A DNA stretch of 64,000 bases from an uncultured delta proteobacterium (GTDB lineage: Bacteria > Desulfobacterota > Binatia > UBA9968). Positions 59,246 to 64,000 of the stretch are shown piece after piece. The stretch lies in NCBI GenBank assembly GCA_963745835.1, contig CAVUZH010000005.1:1-64000 (forward strand), in the 5' to 3' direction. Numbering within the stretch: the stretch's first letter is position 1; each line of letters starts with the position of its first letter. The notes under the pieces are model-generated. The model ran no database searches, was not told the DNA's origin, and saw only the letters and a program-made list of their open reading frames with translations. Both the position numbers and the translations under genes were made by a program.

Positions 59246-61024
59246 ATGAGCGTAGCGCAACCCACTCTCGATAGCAGCGTCCGAAAACAGGCGTTGTCGT
59301 GGACACGGAAATTTTCTGTTCGAGCCGTTACCTTGGGTTCCACCATCATCGTTGTCTCTTATCTGGTTCTCGTGCCGCTCATCATGCTGCTCTACGCCAG
59401 CGTCAAAAGCACGGAAGATAAGCTGCCTTTTGAAACGGCCGGAATGACACTGGCCAATTACATAACGGTTCTGACCAGCTCTTCGACGTTGCCGATTTTT
59501 CTGAATACATTTTACTTCACCGCCGGATCATTGGCGATTGGCCTGCCGCTGGCCGTTCTCATGGCGTGGCTTTTAGAGCGCACGGCAATCCCCGCCCGCC
59601 GGTGGATCGCCGCTCTGATTCTCGTGCCGATGACGATTCCGTCGCTGCTCTCGGCGATCGCCTGGATTCAGCTGCTCGATCCGCGCATCGGTCTGGTAAA
59701 CGTTGTCTCGCGCAACCTGCTCGGCTTAACGGGAGACTCCGGACCGTTCGATATCTACACGCTCTCGGGCATGTGCTTCGTTCAAGGCTTGCGCCTGGTG
59801 CCGTCGGCGTATCTCATGATCGCGGCTTCGTTTCGCGCCATGGATCCATCACTGGAGGAACAGAGCGCCATGGCGGGTCGCGGTGTCGGCCACACGACAT
59901 TGCGCATCACTCTGCCGATCATGAGGCCGGCGCTGCTGGCGATGTTGATCTACTACATTATCGTGGTCATCGAGTCCTTTGACATTCCCGGGCTGCTCGG
60001 TTTCACCGCGCGCATTCGCGTTCTCAGCACGGCGATCTATTGGGCGACCCACTCGGAAGTCGGCTTGCCGGACTACGGTTTGGCTTCGGCTTTGGGGGCA
60101 CTGGTGTTAGCCATGGCGCTACTGCTCATGTGGGCGTACCAGCGGTTGACGGCGCACCAGGAAAGATTCACCACGATCACCGGCAAAGGATATCGTCCGC
60201 GGCAGATAAATCTTGGCGGATGGACGGCGCCGGCAACTGCGCTTTGTGTCGTCTATGTCGCGCTGGCCGTAGTGCTGCCGTTTCTGATGCTCATCTGGAC
60301 GAGCCTCCAGCCGTTCTATGCGGTCCCTTCGGCAGATTCCCTCGCGCGTGTCACTCTCGACGGATACCTGAGCATTTGGCAGGAGAGCACCATCACTCGC
60401 GCACTGTGGAATACGACGGTACTGGCGCTGGTGACCTCCGCCGCGACGATTCTGCTCGCCCTTCTGGTAAGCTGGTTTGTCGTGCGGCGCACCAGAGTTG
60501 CCGATGCCCTCTCGCATTATCTGGCGACGGTGTCATTCTTGCCGCAGTGCGTGCCGAGCATCGTCATCGGTCTGGCATTTATCTTTGTCTACGTCCGATT
60601 TCCAATTCCAATCTACGGTACCTTGTGGATCATCGCGCTGGCGATGACGACGCGATATCTCGCGTATAGCTCGCGCACGATAACTTCCGCGCTCATGCAG
60701 GTGCACGGCGAGCTGGAAGAAGCATCACAGATGTCACGCGCGCCGTGGACGCGGACCATGCGCAAAATCACCATGCCACTTTTGGCACCGGCCATGATCA
60801 ACGTCTTTTTCTGGGTGGCGGTCCACGCCATGCAGGAGCTGTCGATGGCGCTCATGCTCTACAATCCCGATACCGTAGTGGTTTCGACGATGATCTGGAG
60901 CATGTGGCAAAACGGGCGGACCACCGATGCCGCGGCTCTAGGCGTGATGTTGATCCTCTTATCTGCCGTGTTACTGCTCGGCGGACAGCTGTTTGCGCGC
61001 TTCCGGCAGGGTGCAAATCCCTAG
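59246..61024 (+). CDS. ABC permease, FbpB-like with two TMD repeats
   Basis: About 12 hydrophobic segments; two EAA-like loops (DPSLEEQS and ELEEASQM). Confidence 0.92.
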   Translation: MSVAQPTLDSSVRKQALSWTRKFSVRAVTLGSTIIVVSYLVLVPLIMLLYASVKSTEDKLPFETAGMTLANYITVLTSSSTLPIFLNTFYFTAGSLAIGLPLAVLMAWLLERTAIPARRWIAALILVPMTIPSLLSAIAWIQLLDPRIGLVNVVSRNLLGLTGDSGPFDIYTLSGMCFVQGLRLVPSAYLMIAASFRAMDPSLEEQSAMAGRGVGHTTLRITLPIMRPALLAMLIYYIIVVIESFDIPGLLGFTARIRVLSTAIYWATHSEVGLPDYGLASALGALVLAMALLLMWAYQRLTAHQERFTTITGKGYRPRQINLGGWTAPATALCVVYVALAVVLPFLMLIWTSLQPFYAVPSADSLARVTLDGYLSIWQESTITRALWNTTVLALVTSAATILLALLVSWFVVRRTRVADALSHYLATVSFLPQCVPSIVIGLAFIFVYVRFPIPIYGTLWIIALAMTTRYLAYSSRTITSALMQVHGELEEASQMSRAPWTRTMRKITMPLLAPAMINVFFWVAVHAMQELSMALMLYNPDTVVVSTMIWSMWQNGRTTDAAALGVMLILLSAVLLLGGQLFARFRQGANP

Positions 61025-61131
61025 CCCGGCCCTTGATTCTTGGCGAGCTTGCCGGCATTGCGGGAGAATCCGGAATTTCACTCGCGCCAAGCCGCCAAGA
61101 GCGAAAAGCTTCGGAATAAGTCGCTTTCGAA

Positions 61132-62247
61132 ATGATCACAGTTAAAGATCTGCAAAAATCTTTCGCCGGAGCTAGAGGCGAAGTCCGCGCGCTTCGCGGC
61201 GTCTCCTTTGAAGTGGGCAAAGGCGAGTTGTTTACGTTGCTCGGTCCTAGCGGCTGCGGCAAGACGACGACGCTTCGCTGTATTGCCGGATTGGAGCAGC
61301 CCCTCGCGGGCGAAATTGTGATCGACGATCATCCGGTTTTCAGCGCCGCCGGCGGTATCTTTATTCCGCCGGAGCGGCGCAATATCGGCATGGTTTTTCA
61401 ATCCTACGCGATCTGGCCGCACATGACCGTCTTTCAGAATGTCGCCTATCCGCTGACCAGAGACGTGAGCCGCGCTGAGATTGGCGAACGGGTCGGCAGG
61501 ATACTCGACCGGTTAAGTCTTGGTCAGCTGTCGGATCGGCTCGCGCCCAACTTGAGTGGCGGTCAGCAGCAGCGGGTGGCGCTGGCGCGAGCGCTGGTGG
61601 CGCAGCCGCAGGTGCTGCTCCTGGACGAGCCGCTCAGCAATCTCGACGCTAAATTGCGCGAGCAGATGCGGTTCGAGCTTAAAGCACTGCAGGAGTCGTT
61701 CGCCATTACAACGGTGTATGTCACCCATGATCAGGAGGAGGCGCTCGCGCTATCGGATCGCATCGGTCTCATGCATGAAGGCGCGCTGATCGAGATCGGT
61801 TCGCCGGCCGATCTTTATCTCCGCCCCGCGCACCGAGTTACGGCGGATTTTCTGGGTACAGCGAATTTTATCCCAGCAGAAGTCGAACTCGATGGCAGCG
61901 GACCGTGGGATGGAATGCTTCTGGCGACGCCGCTTGGCTCATTCGGCGCGCAGCGCAGCGTGGAATGGCAATCGGGAATGACGGCGCAGTTGTTCTTTCG
62001 TCCGGAATCCGTCGAGTTTCTCGATGAAGCAGTTGCTGTTGCGGATATTGCGCGGAATCACTGCACGGGCTCGATCGAGCGTGTTACCTTTCTCGGCAGT
62101 TCAGCAGACGTGATCATTCGATGTAGCGACCTCAAAGTCCGCGCGAGAACTCATCCTGCGCGCGCTCCGGCAGTGGGGCAAGCCGTGCGTTTTCGCGTAG
62201 CGCAGAGCTCGTGTATCGTTTTTCCGAGTCGAACTATGAATAGCTAG
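61132..62247 (+). CDS. ABC ATP-binding protein (FbpC/PotA-like, TOBE tail)
   Basis: GPSGCGKT, LSGGQQQR, LLLDEP, VTHD. Confidence 0.95.
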   Translation: MITVKDLQKSFAGARGEVRALRGVSFEVGKGELFTLLGPSGCGKTTTLRCIAGLEQPLAGEIVIDDHPVFSAAGGIFIPPERRNIGMVFQSYAIWPHMTVFQNVAYPLTRDVSRAEIGERVGRILDRLSLGQLSDRLAPNLSGGQQQRVALARALVAQPQVLLLDEPLSNLDAKLREQMRFELKALQESFAITTVYVTHDQEEALALSDRIGLMHEGALIEIGSPADLYLRPAHRVTADFLGTANFIPAEVELDGSGPWDGMLLATPLGSFGAQRSVEWQSGMTAQLFFRPESVEFLDEAVAVADIARNHCTGSIERVTFLGSSADVIIRCSDLKVRARTHPARAPAVGQAVRFRVAQSSCIVFPSRTMNS

Positions 62248-62340
62248 AATTACTTCGCCCACTGAGTGGGAGAGGCAAGGTGAGGATGTCAACGCAACAA
62301 ACAGCCGTTCCATCATCTAATCGATATTTAGGAGGGAGTC

Positions 62341-63291
62341 GTGGCATTGTCGGAATCGCTCAACGATCATGAGCGAAATAGCCGCATCGAGTGGAGCCTC
62401 TACTATAACATGCTCGTGACGCGGCGTTTCGAAGAAGCTTTGCTCCGCTGGGAGCATCAAGGGAAGATTGCGGCGCAAACCTTTCCGAGCAAGGGGCAGG
62501 AAGCGGTTGCCATCGGTTGCTGCCTGGCGTTGGAGAGAGGAGACGCGGTGATACCGTCGTTTCGCACCCGCGGCGCCATGGTCGGGATGGGCGTGAATAT
62601 CGCCGAGCAATTGCGAGAGTTTTTGCATACCCCGCTCGCCGCCGGTGATTCGCGCGACGCGCCGCACCATAGCTCATGGCCGGAGCGTGGTGTCATGCCG
62701 GGCTCGACCATGATCGGCGGTCACCTCGCGATGGCGGTGGGTCTGGCGCTGGCGATGCAGTTTGACAAGCAACCGGCGGTAAGCGTCGCATTCTTTGGCG
62801 ACGGCACGTTGGGCTCGGGCGATTTACATGAGAGCATGCACATTGCTGGAGCTTGGGGGCTTCCGCTAATTTTCGTGTGCGAGAACAACGGCTGGGAAAT
62901 GTCCACCCCGTGGTCGAAGACCCGCAAAACCCGTTCGTTGATCCCCTATGCCGAGCCCTTTGGCTTTGCCGCGCGCTCTGTGGACGGCAACGATGCGCTG
63001 GACGTCTATCATTCGATGCGCTGGGCGCGCGGGGTGGCGCTAAGCGGTCGACCGGTTTTTCTGGATTGCCTTACCTTTCGCAGCGGTCTTTACAGCTCTC
63101 ACTTCGGCGAGGTGCGATCAGGCATCGAAGAGGATCTCGCTGAAGCCGAACGCCGCGATCCTTTGAAGCGGATGGCGGATTGGTTGATGGACCACGGAGT
63201 CGCCACAGGTGAGGATCTAGAGAAATTGGCGCAGGAAGAAGACCAGAGACTGGAAATTACGTTCAGCGAAGTCTTAGCCGAACTAAAATAA
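62341..63291 (+). CDS. ThDP-dependent dehydrogenase E1 alpha-like subunit (divergent)
   Basis: GQEA, FFGDG...ENNG ThDP motif, VDGND, RDPL. Confidence 0.88.
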   Translation: MALSESLNDHERNSRIEWSLYYNMLVTRRFEEALLRWEHQGKIAAQTFPSKGQEAVAIGCCLALERGDAVIPSFRTRGAMVGMGVNIAEQLREFLHTPLAAGDSRDAPHHSSWPERGVMPGSTMIGGHLAMAVGLALAMQFDKQPAVSVAFFGDGTLGSGDLHESMHIAGAWGLPLIFVCENNGWEMSTPWSKTRKTRSLIPYAEPFGFAARSVDGNDALDVYHSMRWARGVALSGRPVFLDCLTFRSGLYSSHFGEVRSGIEEDLAEAERRDPLKRMADWLMDHGVATGEDLEKLAQEEDQRLEITFSEVLAELK

Positions 63292-63383
63292 TGGCCCGCG
63301 ATGAGATGTAGGGGCGTCCATCGAAAGCACCTTCACGTCATGCTCGACTGCGGGCGCGGATACTAGGGGAGGCAGAATAAGGA

Positions 63384-64000
63384 ATGGCTAACATCACCTA
63401 TCGCGATGCCGTTGGCAAAGCGTTGCAGGATTCCATGCGAGAGGAGTCCCGGTTAATCATCATTGGTCAAAATCTCACCGGCCATGCGCTGAAGTCGCTA
63501 GCCGAAACCTACGGTGCCGAGCGCGTGCGTGACTGTTCAATCAGCGAGAGCGCCATGGTTGGAATCGCAGTGGGCGCGGCAATGAAGGGGATGAAAGCCG
63601 TGGTGATGATCGCCTACGCTGACATCGCTTCCGTCTGTCATATGGCAATTGTCCAGAGCGCGGCTAAGCTGCACTATCTCAGCAATGGACGATTGAATTG
63701 TCCGGTTATCATTCGTTTGCCGATCGCCCGATTTCGCGGTCATGGACCCGAAGGCAACGAAGTCGGCGTCTCCTGGTTCTACAATGTTCCGGATCTCAAC
63801 ATCGCGATGCCTGGTTCAGCCAACGAGGCCTACTGGAGCTTTCGCGAGGCATTGAAGCGGCCGACGCCGACGTTATTCTTCGAGGATCGATCGATTCACA
63901 ACCGAGTCGGTGAAATTGCTGCCGAGAATCCCGTGGCGAATGCCCAGGTCACCCGATCGGGCGGCTCGGCTGACGATTATCGCCGCCGGGCGGGCCGCAG
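63384..64000 (+). CDS. ThDP-dependent dehydrogenase E1 beta-like subunit, runs off the right edge
   Basis: Not in the ORF track. MANITYRDAVGKAL...YGAERVRDCSISESAMVGIAVGAAMKG...PVIIR...PTLFFE; apparent +1 shift near 63965. Confidence 0.85.
   Translation, partial: MANITYRDAVGKALQDSMREESRLIIIGQNLTGHALKSLAETYGAERVRDCSISESAMVGIAVGAAMKGMKAVVMIAYADIASVCHMAIVQSAAKLHYLSNGRLNCPVIIRLPIARFRGHGPEGNEVGVSWFYNVPDLNIAMPGSANEAYWSFREALKRPTPTLFFEDRSIHNRVGEIAAENPVANAQVTRSGGSADDYRRRAGR

Noticed and set aside
57130-62247. Calling the ABC system an iron transporter
   Set aside because: The FbpABC-like family also carries organic anions and other solutes; no iron-specific evidence is visible.

Overview
A mosaic accessory/catabolic region of a moderately GC-rich bacterium. 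The gene content resembles Candidatus Binatia/'Deltaproteobacteria' MAGs (an inference from gene families, not a database result). It holds about 50 intact CDS. Fourteen are solute-binding proteins (8 NMT1/SsuA-like, 3 Bug/TctC, 3 FbpA/AfuA-like), and only one of them has an adjacent permease and ATPase. They alternate with single catabolic enzymes (amidohydrolases, amidase, LLM oxidoreductases, cyclase, cupin, M20, MBL, VOC, GST, nitroreductase, methyltransferases, a divergent ThDP E1 pair). Also present: a cNMP-sensing hybrid histidine kinase, a tyrosinase with an upstream CxxxC/His-tail partner, a split ArgZ/AgrE-like arginine catabolism pair, and five toxin-antitoxin loci (three with a broken toxin). 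Module junctions carry many relics: eight REP-associated tyrosine transposase (RAYT) fragments with a shared end palindrome, a degenerate attC site, a tRNA-Lys fragment, a ~100-bp direct repeat around a TA cassette, and short GTTC(A/C)A arrays with 7- or 9-nt period. I found no rRNA, complete tRNA, CRISPR array or intact integrase/transposase. All calls rest on motif recognition only, and apparent frameshifts could be sequencing errors.
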